Origin: Emiliania huxleyi CCMP1516
Taxonomy: Eukaryota
DNA length: 64,000 nt
Assembly: GCF_000372725.1 (NCBI RefSeq)
Contig: NW_005201298.1
Coordinates: 311,393-375,392, forward strand
Direction of reading: 5' to 3'
The notes below the pieces were generated by a model. That model was not told where the DNA came from. It saw nothing but the letters and a program-made list of their open reading frames with translations, and made no database searches. Shown here in pieces: positions 1-11,439 of this stretch. Within the stretch, counting starts at the first letter, position 1. Every line of letters starts with the position of its first letter. A program made the translations under genes and the position numbers.

Positions 1-160
1 TCGGAAGTGCCTCGGAAGTGTCTCGGAAGTGTCTCGGAGGTGTCTCGGAAGTGCCTCGGAAGTTGTCTCGGAAGTGCCTCGGAAGTGCCTCGGAGGTGTC
101 TCGGAAATGTCTCGGAAGTGTCTCGGAAGTGTCTCGGAAGTGTCTCGGAAGTGTCTCGGA
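1..160. repeat. Tandem 11-mer (TCGGAAGTGTC-like) intronic repeat
   Basis: About 14 degenerate copies; the same unit recurs at 690-722, 948-978, 7735-7780 and 59449-59531. Confidence 0.95.
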
Positions 161-1271
161 GGCTGGCCGCCCACGAGCCCTCTGCGCGCACCTGAGTCGT
201 CGCCACGCGGCCGAGATGGCGGGCGAGGGCTGCGGCGGCGGGTGCGGCGGCGCCTCCGCGCTGCTCGGAGGCCCAGGGCGGCCCCCCTCCCCTCCCGTCC
301 GAGAGAGGGGCCTCGGCCGCCGCGGCGAGAGCGCTGCGGAGAGCCTCGAGCGTCTGCGCGGCGCCGGCAGAGAGCTCCCCGCTGGCAGGGTGGAACGCGG
401 GCGCCGCTGCCAGCTCCGGCACGCCGCTCACGTCGACCAGCGCGGCGTTTGCTTGCGGCGGCAGCCCGCCCGCCGTCGGGCCGCGGGGAGTGTAGTACTT
501 TCCGACCCCCATGCCCGTGTTTCCACAGTGCAGCAGCGCGGCCGGCTCGCGCCGCAGCAGCTCGACCTAATTAGCCAACAAGCTTCCTCTGAAGTGACTG
601 GTTGAGGTAGGCGGAGAGCTCGCGCCGCAGCAGCTCGACCAGACCCTCGAGCGAGGCTGGCCGCGAGTAGCTCAGCCCGCTGCCTGAGGGAAGTGTCTCG
701 GAAGTGTCTCGGAGGTGTCTCGGAGGCTGGCCGCGAGTAGCTCAGCCCCGCTGCCCTCGTCTTCATACCGCAGAGAGACGGGCGCCCGCGCGCGCGCCGC
801 GACCGCCGCCGTCGGCGAGACCAGCCGCAGCGCCCTGTCGCACTCGCGCCTCGCCGCCGCCCTCCGGCCCGCCTCGCCGTTTGAGAGAGAGGACGCCTGC
901 AGCGCCGCGTCGCACCTTCGGACCGGACGGCGTGGCTGTGGCCCTTCCGAGACACCTCCGAGACACCTCCGAGAAGGTTCGCACCGGCGGCCGCACGGCT
1001 TGCCCGTGGCGACGTCGTGGCACGGCGCGCACGTCTCGAGGTCGGTGATGCAGGAAGAGTCGTCGTGGGCAAAGGCGCGCTTGAATGCCTGCAGTACGAG
1101 GGAGTGACTGCCGTCACGGTGTGTGACGTGCTGTCAAGGCGTTCTCGCGGTCCTCGAGGGTGAGGGTGAGGGTGAGGGTTAAGTTAGGGTGACGGTTAGG
1201 TTAGGGTGAGGGTGAGGGGTGAGGGGTGAGGGGTGAGGGGTGAGGGGTGAGGGTGAGGGTGAGGGTGAGGG

Positions 1272-1304
<33 letters not shown>

Positions 1305-2158
1305 AGAGGGGGAGGGGGCGGGGCCTGGAGGATGGGCCGGTAGCCGGTGCAGCGGCAGAGGTTTCCATCCAGGCTCTCCTCGATCTCCTTGGCAGTGAGG
1401 TGCGCCGCGCCGCGCGCCGCCGCCCCGCCCAGCAGCGCCGACATGGCAGTCACCCAGCCGGGCGTGCAGAAGCCGCACTGGCTGCCTTGCCCCTCGGCGA
1501 TCGCCTTCATCACCTGCGAGTACCCGGCGCCTTGCGAGCCGAGCCCCTCGACAGTCGTGAGCGCGAGCCCGTCGCAGCCGCAGAGGAGGCGGAGGCACGC
1601 GTTGATCGCCCGCGGGTGGCCGTCCGACCCGACGGCGATCACCTACTTCTCCCACCACACTCAGGCGAGGGGTGGCCGGCGGCAGTTCCACCCCCAAAGG
1701 GCGGCCGACGGCACCGTGCACGCGCCGCAGCCGCCCTCGGCGCACCCAATCTTGGTGCCGGTGAGGCCCTCGGAGCGGAGCCACTCGGCGAGGGTGAGGG
1801 AGGGAGGCGGGTCGACGAGTCGCCGCTCCCGCCCGTTCAGGCTGAAGACCAGCTCCCGGCTCGGCGCGTCGGCCAGTCGAGCGAGCGGGTGGGACGGCGC
1901 GATGGCGCGTCGGGACCAGCGCTGCCGGGCGAGCAGCGCAGCTAGGACCGCGGCAGCGAAGACCGCGACGCTTCTCGCGTGCGGGATGTCTTGGCAAACT
2001 GCAGCCAGCCAGCCCAAGCCGAGCCCAGCGCTGACGAGGAGGAACTCGTGCGCGCCGCGGGTGAGCTGAAGCCTGCGGCGTCGGGTGGCGCCCGGAGGCG
2101 CTGCCGGGTCGAGCAGCGGCTCAGAGAGGCTCTTTGAGAGTCCTTTGCCGGCCTTCAT
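1..2158 (-). CDS. Xanthine dehydrogenase/aldehyde oxidase family molybdo-flavoprotein, 5' part, multi-exon, continues off the window start
   Basis: 2Fe-2S motifs GLTGTKIGCAEGGCGACTV, INACL, GSQCGFCTPG and GNLCRCTGYRPIL; then FAD-domain start YSRPASLEGLVELL; ATG at 2158. Confidence 0.9.
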
Positions 2159-2223
2159 GAGGTTGATGTGTGTATGGAGCCGTGTATGGAGCCGGCCGAC
2201 GACAAACGGGGCCGGGGCGATCG

Positions 2224-2335
2224 CTAAAAAAGAATTCACCCTGCGCCACAGCACACAGGTTCGACACAGGTACGCCACGGTACCAAAAGAGAATTTAACA
2301 ACAAAACTCCCTCGCACGACACTGGGCACGAGAGA
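2224..2335 (+). other. AAAAGAATT/ACACTGGGCACG intergenic module, two units
   Basis: Shares words with 4052-4290, 4620-4670, 11784-12595, 40126-40215 and 63270-63400. Confidence 0.7.
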
Positions 2336-2560
2336 CTGCCAGCGACAAGCTGGAGGCAGGTCGCTAGACTGAGATGAGACCGCCAGTGGATGTGGGAGTC
2401 CACCGCGCACCGCGCTGCGAGCCTGTCGTGTCCCTTGTCAGGAGCAGGAGAGCCCCACCTGTCCCCCTGATCGTCCTTCCAAAATCCTGCTCGTGCAGGT
2501 GGGGACCCTGTCCTCGTCCCATCCCTCGTTTGGCGTGCGTGTCTGTTTTCTTTCTTTCTT
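2330..2560 (+). mobile_element. Retroelement 3' end, family A (TTTC/TTTA tail)
   Basis: Near-identical to 36811-37043; related copies at 14562-14960 (-) and 62350-62497. Confidence 0.8.
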
Positions 2561-2576
2561 TGAGCTAGAACTTCGT

Positions 2577-3382
2577 TGTTAATAGGAACAAGCGAAGGCA
2601 CACACGACATGACGCCAAACACACGATTGCACGCACCGCACCGCACCTCGCACCCGCGCCCGCCGCCCCCCCGACCCCCGCCCCGCCTGGGTGGGAAAGA
2701 GATGAGGAGATGGGACAGCGAAGGAGGAGTACGAGCACGTATGGGAGGGTTCAATGATGCGCCACGCTGCCCGGCGTTTCTCACTTTCCGGGACAGCCCC
2801 GCCCTTGTGAGGCAGGAAAGTGACGGCTACCCCGTACGCGCCTGCTGCTCTACTCGTCGCCGACCGCCCATCCCCCCTCCTCGTTCCCCCCTGGGCGAGC
2901 CGATGATCGTCGAGCCTCTGCCCTGCGTGCCCCCCCCCCCCCCCCACACACACACACACCGCCGCCGCGCGAGCGCCGCGCGGCGGCACACCCAGCTCAA
3001 AAGAAAAAGAAAAAAGGGAATGAGGAGACCAGCGAGGGAGACTCCCCGCCTATGCAAGCCCCAGAGAGGGGCCGCCATCGCCGAAGCTGTGCCAAAGCAT
3101 AACTCCAAAACCCGCAGCGGCCCAGGGGGCCTTGGGGGCAGCCTGCCGGACCGCCGCTGCACGGGGCTAGGCACCAGAAGATGAGTGGAATTGATGAATT
3201 GGGCCGTTGTCCGTGCCTCCCCTCTATACGTCAGAGTGGGACCTACGCCGCGCCGGGAAAGGGGCGCGCCCGGTCCTCGACGGAGCCGCGCGCCCCAAAC
3301 GACCCAGGCGGCGAGTAGTCGACCTCGAACCTTCGACATGTAGTTGCCCATAGTTAGCGCCCGCCCGCCCCCCCCTCCGTCG
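2577..3382 (-). mobile_element. 5'-truncated non-LTR element, 3' UTR only, family E
   Basis: Reverse complement matches 40735-41559; candidate 6-bp TSD CTTCGT at 2571-2576 and 3383-3388. Confidence 0.8.
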
Positions 3383-3761
3383 CTTCGTAAAAGAAAAAAC
3401 AAAATAAAACCACGCAAAAGAGAAAGCGAGGCCAAAAAACGATTGCGTGAACGGCGTCACAAAGCCCGCCGGTTTTGATCGACAATCGTGAGATTGACCG
3501 CCGTCGACCAGAGAATGGCAGACGATGCGTCAGCTTGTGCGGCGCTCGCGCCGCGCAGGCTGGCCCATCGAGGGCACTCTCTGGCGCTGTCCGGGCCAAG
3601 CGCGGCGCCGCGCATGCCGCGTGCCACTCGCCGTGGCTCGCGGTGCAGCGCCACTGCAGCCTCGAAAACGTCGCGCACAGCACCAGCATGCTGCCCACCA
3701 GGCAGCAGAGTGCTGCACCGGCGTGCAGCGGACGCTGCGGCGCTGCGGCGTCGCCTCCCCG

Positions 3762-4040
3762 CCCTGTCCACGGAGCAGACGAGCGGCGGCACGGCCCTCC
3801 ACCAGCTGCAGGAGTTGCGCACTTCCCAAAGGAAGCACAGGATGCTCCCGCAGTTTACGCAGCTTTGTGCAGCGCAGCGCACGGGCCACGCCACACAAAG
3901 CCGACCCTCAGCCTGGCCAAGAGGCTGTCTGCGGAAGGCCTGGCAGCGCGTACGCGCCTCCTCCGCGGCCATGCCCTCCGCCCGGGCGAGCGAGGAGCGA
4001 GGACACAACCATTTCTGGAATCTTGTGTCCCCGCCCCCCC
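3762..4040 (+). repeat. Segment duplicated in inverted orientation at 9310-9589
   Basis: Apparently identical ~280 bp; the ORF track shows the same peptides in both places. Confidence 0.9.
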
Positions 4041-4051
4041 CCCTCTTTCTT

Positions 4052-4290
4052 TTACACTGGGCACGGGACTGGCGCGCACTGGCACTAACACAGGCGCTAA
4101 AAAAGAATTTAAAGAGCCGAACTCTCTCTCACAGCAGACAGGCTCGACACAGGTGCGAACTGGCGCGTGCTAGCGCTAAAAAAGAATTTCTCGAAGTAAA
4201 AAAGAATTTTTCGAATTTCGAATTGAACAAACGACTCCCTCTCAGACAGGCTCAAGGTGCGAACTGGCGCGTGCTAGCACTATCACAGGC
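4052..4290 (+). repeat. Tandem array of the AAAAAAGAATTT...CAGACAGGCTC...GGTGCGAACTGGCGCGTGCTAG module
   Basis: Three AAAAAAGAATTT starts and two GGTGCGAACTGGCGCGTGCTAGC ends. Confidence 0.8.
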
Positions 4291-4384
4291 AAACCACCGG
4301 AGCCGCCTAAGCGACTCTGAGCGCCCAGCGACGCGTGCCGGATGGAGTCCGGCCGCGCCCCGCGCGGGTGACTAGGGAAGTTCG

Positions 4385-4545
4385 CTCAGGATGTGTGGCA
4401 GCCGCCCCGTTGGCTGAGTGTCTTGTCTTGTGGTTCTGTGTGTCGCTCCTGTGTGACCGTCATCGCCCGTCTAGCGTCCACCCATACCGCGTTGGTGTCC
4501 CAGTCGTTGGTCGGACTGTGTTTCGCCTTCCCATCAATCAATCAA
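4385..4545 (+). mobile_element. Retroelement 3' end, family B, (TCAA)n tail
   Basis: Core GCGTCCACCCATACCGCGTTGGTGTCC shared with the copies at 17340 and 30619, variant at 58015. Confidence 0.75.
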
Positions 4546-4882
4546 GCGACTCCGTTAAGTCTTAAGAACGGCAATGCACTTAGCTCCGTGCACAATGCCG
4601 CTCTCCCCGCACGCTAGCTCGAAAAGAATTTGCGCTGAGCGACACTGGGCACGGGACTGCCACACCAGGGAAAACAAGCGACATGAGAGTTACAAAAATG
4701 AAATCGGTGCCACGCACTCGCCACTCCAGGGGGCGGGGTGCGCGCTGTGCCTCTGTGTTCGTGCGTCGCCCATCTCTCATGGAGATAATAGAGTTACGCG
4801 TGTATTTATTTATTTGTCCAAGTTGCCAGCCAGAACTCAGTACTCTGCAGGCCCAGTACTCAAGGCCCAGCCCGCCTCACCC

Positions 4883-5685
4883 TCAGCAGTACAAGCTCAA
4901 CCCGATCGTGAAGAGCGCAGCGAGAGCGGACTGCGTGGGCGGGCGCAGCTCGAGGGGGAGGAAGCGGAACGACAGCAGGTTGTATGGCGTCCAAATGCAG
5001 AGCTCGAGCAAGGAGACTGCCCCAAACCCGTCGAGCATGATTTGGAAGGCGGCGGCGGGCGTTTGGCCCATGAGCAGCGGCACGAGGACCAAGTATAAAG
5101 TGTTGGCGATGGGTGCCCAGATGAAGTAGTCCGCCGTGCACTTGAGGACGATGATCTCAGGCGTGGTCTCGCTGCCGGCGGACGCCTCGAGCAGCCGCTG
5201 CCACGAAGCGCAACCCACTCCCGAGACGAAGAACGCACGAAGCCCAACGCCGCGCCGTGCACATACACATTCGTCGCCTCTACGTCAAGCGCGTAGGCTT
5301 CCGCCGGTATTAAGGAGCGCCCAACGACGTCTGCGCCGCCGCGCAGGACTGCGGCCTGCACGGATGCGAGCAGCAGATATCTGCGCTGCATGAGGCGGCG
5401 GTACTTGACGGCGGAGCGCTGTCCGAAGCGTCTGGCGCGGGCTGCTGGGCCCAACGTTGTGCGTCGGTCAGGAGGAGACGGCGTGAAGAGCTCCTCAGAA
5501 GTCAGCGCGCAGAGCTCCTCGGAAGGGCAGAGCGGGTCAACCAGAGCGTGGATGGCGGCAGCTCGACGTGAGAGCAAGCCGATGGCGGCGGCAGGCTGCT
5601 GGTGAGCCGCCGGCATCCAGGCATTCGCAGTCGCGATAGAGAGGTGCAGGGCGAGCCACGATGCCGACGTGGGCCGACGGAGCAT
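4883..5685 (-). CDS. Mpv17/PMP22 family membrane protein with signal-peptide-like N-terminus; 1-nt frameshift near 5235
   Basis: KCTADYFIWAPIANTLY and IWTPYNLLSFRFLPLELRP match Mpv17 motifs; the N-terminal half lies in another frame. Confidence 0.75.
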
Positions 5686-5826
5686 GGTCGCGACTCGTCG
5701 CAATTTCGCGCAAGCAATCGAATGGTTTGTAGTCTGGGCAAATGACATGGCAGCAAAAAGAATTTACACAAGAGAACTCTCTCTCAAAAAGAATTTCTCT
5801 CCGCGAGGTGGATATCCTTTGGCCGC

Positions 5827-5990
5827 GTTGCAGCGAGAAGCGGCGAGAGACTGCGAAAAGAGATACGAAGAGGCAGACTCCCCAGGGTGGGCGACGGCTA
5901 GCGCACCACACTCCTCTCCTTAAAATCCCTGTGTGGTGGCGTGCCCCACCACTTTGTGTGTGTGGAGAAATTTACCTTACCTTACCTTAC
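5827..5990 (+). mobile_element. Retroelement 3' fragment (same body as 55246-55362) ending in the family C (TTACC)n tail
   Basis: About 115-bp match to 55246-55362; tail matches 43250-43305 and 43530-43587. Confidence 0.8.
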
Positions 5991-6302
5991 GACTTTTGGG
6001 ACACAATCACGATGCACGTGTGTCGTTGTGAAAAACCCCAGCCGCCAGCCCCTGCCGGGGGGGAGAGAGTCTAGCTACAGTATACTGGTGACGTCAACCG
6101 CGCAAAATCGCCCGCCCGTCCTCCTCCGCTCCTGCTCGTAAGTTCGCAAGATTTTACGAGCAGGGGGCAGGGGGGGGCGGGGCGGGGGCCGCCGCCGCGG
6201 GGGGGGGGGGGGGCTCTTTTGTACTTCAAGTCTCCTATCAGTCTCCACCCCCATGGAATCAATTTATAAACAAGTGACTGGAACGGACTGACAGAGCACT
6301 CT

Positions 6303-8511
6303 TTAGCACAAGCCCTCGTCGGCACTCTGCGTGCCACCATTGGGCGCTGCCGCCGCATCGCCGAGCGCGACCTCTTGCAGCACTGGCGTCAGCATCCCGA
6401 TCGCCTCGTGAACCAGCGTCAGCGCCGCCCCCGCGTCCAAGTGCACCGCCGTGCAGAGAGCGCGGCGCGCCCGCTTGAACGCGGCCGCGTCGGATGCCGC
6501 GGAGCAGCTGCGCGCCGCCTCCGCCCCGAGCGACGCCGCAGAGACTCGGTTGACGGCGTCAGCGAAGTGGGCGGCGGCCGCGCAGACGGAGGTGGCGAGC
6601 CAATCCGCCTGCTCCGCCCGCGACAGAAACGGCCAGTCGGCGCCGCGCAGCATCGCCTCCGCCGGCGCGTCCTCCCCGAGACCGAGCGGCGTCTGCGTGG
6701 GCGCGCGTTGGCACGCGAGCCCGAACCTAGGAGTGTGAGAATTCATTGGATGGAGGAGGACGGCGTCATTCAGAGCTCGCCCGCGCAAACCCGAGCCTCC
6801 GAAGCACCACGAGCGCGCACGTGGCGAGCTGCCCGAAGCATCGCGCGGAGTAGGCGTGCACCCGTGCCACACCCTCCTCCTCCGTCCAGCTCTGCTCCTC
6901 CCCCTCCAAGCCGCCCTCGGCCGCACCTACTAGACGCCAGGCCGCCCCTCGGCGTCGCGCCGCCTACCCACACGCGCGCCGCCACCCCCGCGCCGCCTCC
7001 CCGACCGACCGCATCCTCTAGCTCTGCGACCGGCGGCGCGAGCGCTGCTGCGAGAGCGTCCTTCAGCCGTGTCGGCGGCGGCGCGCCGCCCCGACTCGGC
7101 GGCGGCGGCGGCGCGTTGGCGGCGGCCGGCGACGCCTCCGATTCGAGCGCCACGGCGATGGCGTCGAGCGCGGCCTCGATGCGCGGCGTCGAGGCGGCGG
7201 GCAGGCGTGCGAGCTGGAGCTGCACCTATAGTGAGGAGCTGATTCGTTGAGGAAGGAGGACTGACTGGCGCCCGAGTCTCGTGGATCAGCGAGCGGGAGC
7301 TGCACCCGCAGCAAGGCTCCGTCCCTTAGCCCCTCTAGCGCGCCGAGCGAGGCAGAGCCGCCCAGCCTGTCGAGCCAAGCCTACGCGCGCCACAAGCCGA
7401 CACCTCACACTCTCCCTTTCCGCCACCGGCCGCAGACGACCGCCGGCCGCAGCGCCTCGAACGGCGCCAGCTCGGGCGGCGGCGGCGGGCCGGACTCCTC
7501 CTCCGCCGCCGCGCCCTCCTCCCCCCCCTCCTCGCCACCGCCACCGCCCGCCGCGAGCGGCCGAGCGAGCGCAAGCGTGGAAGTTCCGACGTCGGCGACG
7601 GCGCCTGTACGGAAGGTTCCGAGAAGGTTCAGTGGAGGCGCAGCACCTGCACCATCGCACCCGCCTCGGCGACAGCGCGCCGGCCGTCTCGCGAACGTCG
7701 GTGGCGAGCTGGAGGAAGCCGCTCGCCGACTCCTAGGAAGTGTCCAGGAAGTGTCTAGGGAGTGTCTGGGAAGTGTCGAGGACACCGCTCGCCGACTCCT
7801 TTGCGAGCGAGCTGATTGTACCGGTGACGGCGCCGCCCCGCTCCACCAGCTGGCCGCCCCCCTCCTTTAGCCCCTCCTTGAGCCCGCGCGTCATTCCTCG
7901 CGCCAGCCCGTCGCCGACCACCTAGACAATACCCTTCAACCTGAGACACGCACACGCAACACTTCCCCGACGCGTGAGCGTCAAAGCAGCGGCAGTGGCC
8001 GACGGCGCCGTCGCCTCCGTCGGCGCGGCTCCGAAGTCAGACGCCGACGTTGCGGCTGTATCTCGGCTATCTCTCGGCTATCTCGCGGCTATCTCGCGGC
8101 TATATCGCGGCTATGTCTCGGCTGTATCGCGGTTGTGTCTCGCCAATATCGCGGCAACGTCTCGGCTGTTTCTCGCCTCGGTCGCCGCAGCGCCGAAATC
8201 GGACGCAACCATCGCGCTCACGGCGCTCGCGACGCTCACCGCGCCCCCCGCAAGGCCGCGCACGTTCCGGAGCGGCGAGCCGAGCTCCGCCGCCGCCGTG
8301 TCGCTCTCGCCGGCGGCAAGGCCGTGCGTCGGCTCCGTGTCGGCGCTGGCGAGCCGCGAAGAAGCGTCGACGACGCCCTTCCCCACTGCGCCGGCGGTCG
8401 CACCGACGGCTCCGACCGCCCCGCTCGACACGTCGGCCGCGAGCGCGGCGAGGCCGACGGCAGACTCGAGCGCGATCCTGTTCCTTTGCCCAGTCCAGGT
8501 GAGTGTGCTGC
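6303..8511 (-). CDS. Hypothetical Ala-rich multi-exon protein; 5' end lost in the gap
   Basis: Chained coding-like minus-strand exons separated by repeat-filled introns (7733-7798, ~8056-8176); no family recognised. Confidence 0.45.
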
Positions 8512-9309
8512 NNNNNNNNNNNNNNNNNNNNNNNNNNNNNNNNNNNNNNNNNNNNNNNNNNNNNNNNNNNNNNNNNNNNNNNNNNNNNNNNNNNNNNNNN
8601 NNNNNNNNNNNNNNNNNNNNNNNNNNNNNNNNNNNNNNNNNNNNNNNNNNNNNNNNNNNNNNNNNNNNNNNNNNNNNNNNNNNNNNNNNNNNNNNNNNNN
8701 NNNNNNNNNNNNNNNNNNNNNNNNNNNNNNNNNNNNNNNNNNNNNNNNNNNNNNNNNNNNNNNNNNNNNNNNNNNNNNNNNNNNNNNNNNNNNNNNNNNN
8801 NNNNNNNNNNNNNNNNNNNNNNNNNNNNNNNNNNNNNNNNNNNNNNNNNNNNNNNNNNNNNNNNNNNNNNNNNNNNNNNNNNNNNNNNNNNNNNNNNNNN
8901 NNNNNNNNNNNNNNNNNNNNNNNNNNNNNNNNNNNNNNNNNNNNNNNNNNNNNNNNNNNNNNNNNNNNNNNNNNNNNNNNNNNNNNNNNNNNNNNNNNNN
9001 NNNNNNNNNNNNNNNNNNNNNNNNNNNNNNNNNNNNNNNNNNNNNNNNNNNNNNNNNNNNNNNNNNNNNNNNNNNNNNNNNNNNNNNNNNNNNNNNNNNN
9101 NNNNNNNNNNNNNNNNNNNNNNNNNNNNNNNNNNNNNNNNNNNNNNNNNNNNNNNNNNNNNNNNNNNNNNNNNNNNNNNNNNNNNNNNNNNNNNNNNNNN
9201 NNNNNNNNNNNNNNNNNNNNNNNNNNNNNNNNNNNNNNNNNNNNNNNNNNNNNNNNNNNNNNNNNNNNNNNNNNNNNNNNNNNNNNNNNNNNNNNNNNNN
9301 NNNNNNNNN
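8512..9309. other. Assembly gap
   Basis: Run of N; a second 100-N gap lies at 21441-21540. Confidence 1.
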
Positions 9310-9589
9310 GGGGGGGGCGGGGACACAAGATTCCAGAAATGGTTGTGTCCTCGCTCCTCGCTCGCCCGGGCGGAGGGCATGGCCGCGGAGGAGGCGCGTA
9401 CGCGCTGCCAGGCCTTCCGCAGACAGCCTCTTGGCCAGGCTGAGGGTCGGCTTTGTGTGGCGTGGCCCGTGCGCTGCGCTGCACAAAGCTGCGTAAACTG
9501 CGGGAGCATCCTGTGCTTCCTTTGGGAAGTGCGCAACTCCTGCAGCTGGTGGAGGGCCGTGCCGCCGCTCGTCTGCTCCGTGGACAGGG

Positions 9590-10806
9590 GGTGGAGGGGG
9601 CGGCGGCAGGGGTGATGACTGTCGTACCGGCGGGCGGAGCGGCGGGCGGACGCGGCGGGCGCGGCGTCGCCAGCAGATGGCTGCGGTGGCGGCGGCGGGC
9701 CTGGGGGCGGTGGCTTGGGCTTCGGCGGCGGCGGAGGAGGAGGCTTGGTCTTGGGCTGCGGCTTGGCTGGCTGCAGCTTGGCTGGCTGCGGCTTGGACGG
9801 CGGAGGCTTGGACGGCGGAGGCTTGGACGGCGGAGGCTTGGACGGCGGAGGCTTGGACGGCGGAGGCTTGGACGGCGGAGGCTTGGACGGCGGAGGCTTT
9901 GGGAGTTGGGGAAGCTTTGGCGCCGCACTCCCCGCCGGGGCGTCCTCCCAGCCGTCGTCGCCTATGGGAAGGTCCCGGCAAGGCTCCGAGACGGTTTCGC
10001 AAGCTCGCGCCTTCCTCGCCGACGCCGCCGCCGTCGTCCCACCCGCCCGGTGCGGCTGCTGCGGGCGGGACCGGCTGCGGCGGCGGCTGCGGAGGCTTCG
10101 GCCGAGGGGCGGAGGCCGGAGCGGTAGGTTTCGCAGGCGCCGTCTCCCAGCCCCCACCGCCGTCGCCCCAGTCGTCGTCGTCCTCCCAGCCGCTTGCCGC
10201 CGGCGCTGCCCTCGGCGCTGCCCTCGGCGCCGGTGCCGGCGCGGCCTGCGCCGGCGGCGCGGCTCGTGGCGCGGCTGGCAGCAGGGTGCGCGGCGCCGAC
10301 GCTGCGGCGCCTCGACCCGCCGCCGCCGCCGCGCCTTGTGATTCTGGCGAGGCGATGCCGGCGACTGCGCCGACGTCAGAGGCGAGTGCAGCAAAGCCGG
10401 AGACAGACTCCTTCGCAAGGCCGGAGGCGGCGCCGACGACCGACCCGGCGATGCTACCGAGGCCTCCCCACAGCCCGCCACGCGCACTCTCAGCGCTCGC
10501 TGCGCCGCCCATGCCGCTGCTGCCGACTCCGCCGAGCCGCCCTCCGCCGAGGCCGCCCGAGCCGCCAAACTTGGCGCGCATCCGTGCCGCGGCCTCTTCG
10601 CGAAGCCGCGCCTGGCGTGCGACATACGCGCTCTCGCTCTCGCCAGGCAACGCCTCTACGCCACTCGGGTCATTGGGAACCTTTGCCGCCTTTGGCGGCG
10701 GCGGCGGCGGCGGCGCTCTCGGTCCGGCACGAGTGGCGGGGGCCGGCGCCTTGCGCGGTGGCGGTGCAGGCTCCCAGTCATCGTCATCGTCAGCCCAGTC
10801 GCCCAT
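9590..10806 (-). CDS. Pro/Ala-rich protein with a segment resembling the C-terminal region of algal/oomycete ArfGAP-type proteins
   Basis: MGDWADDDDDW start; GESESAYVARQARLREEAAARMRAKFG; acidic-Trp motifs; no ArfGAP zinc finger seen. Confidence 0.5.
9790..9897. repeat. 15-bp coding minisatellite (GGCTTGGACGGCGGA)x7, read as KPPPS on the minus strand
   Basis: Direct reading. Confidence 0.95.
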
Positions 10807-11439
10807 GTTTGGAAGGAAAGCTGTGGAGGGGCCCTCACCCACTCGCCTGCCGCGCTTCGACCTGAACGCGCCAGCGCCCGCAAGCGGCTAAGCGAGAAAT
10901 CTGCGCGGAACACCCCGCCCCCACCCCTCGGGGTGGGGGCACCCGTGTGTGTGTGTGTGTGTACTCACACACGGGGCACCCGCTCCTGCCGGGCACCTGC
11001 CGGGCACCGCTTGCGGCGCCTGGCAGGGGCACCCCCTGGGTGGGGGCCGGCGATTCCCATGCCGGCTCTCCGCCACAACCCCGACTCCAACGGAAACGCT
11101 CGCGGCAACGGCGCGTCTACCTATCCATATCTGTCGATCGATTCGGCCATCCCGCATGCAGGGGCAAGACAATAGAGCAAACGGTTCTGTGGGGGGCGAT
11201 TAGTTGGCACCTCGACGCTGTGGAACGAAAGAATTCTTAAGGAAATAAACCCTCATACCTAACACATAAACCCACAGCGGCGGAATTTTTCAGTCTATGT
11301 AGCTCTTACGAACATATCCGAGGGTGAACTGCTGACAGGGTTTGCGATGAGAAGCGATCCGAACGTAGCATTCGGGTGATTTTTGGTCCCCCTAGCTGCG
11401 GAGCGCCCCTTCTCCTCGGAGCTAGTCATTTAAATTATT

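Noticed and set aside
7..605. Plus-strand ORFs with SRKCLGSV repeats
   Set aside because: Translations of the intronic 11-mer repeat, antisense to the XDH gene
1158..1305. True telomere or chromosome end
   Set aside because: It lies inside an intron between conserved XDH exons
2330..2560. Self-cleaving ribozyme or structured ncRNA gene
   Set aside because: No hammerhead core or convincing HDV fold seen by eye; a retroelement 3' UTR explains it, and an Infernal search would be needed
4052..4290. CRISPR-like array
   Set aside because: Repeats are not constant in length or sequence, the intervening sequences share words, and there are no cas genes in this eukaryotic context
7974..10842. Very long ORFs of 370-868 aa
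   Set aside because: Artefacts of reading through the N gap
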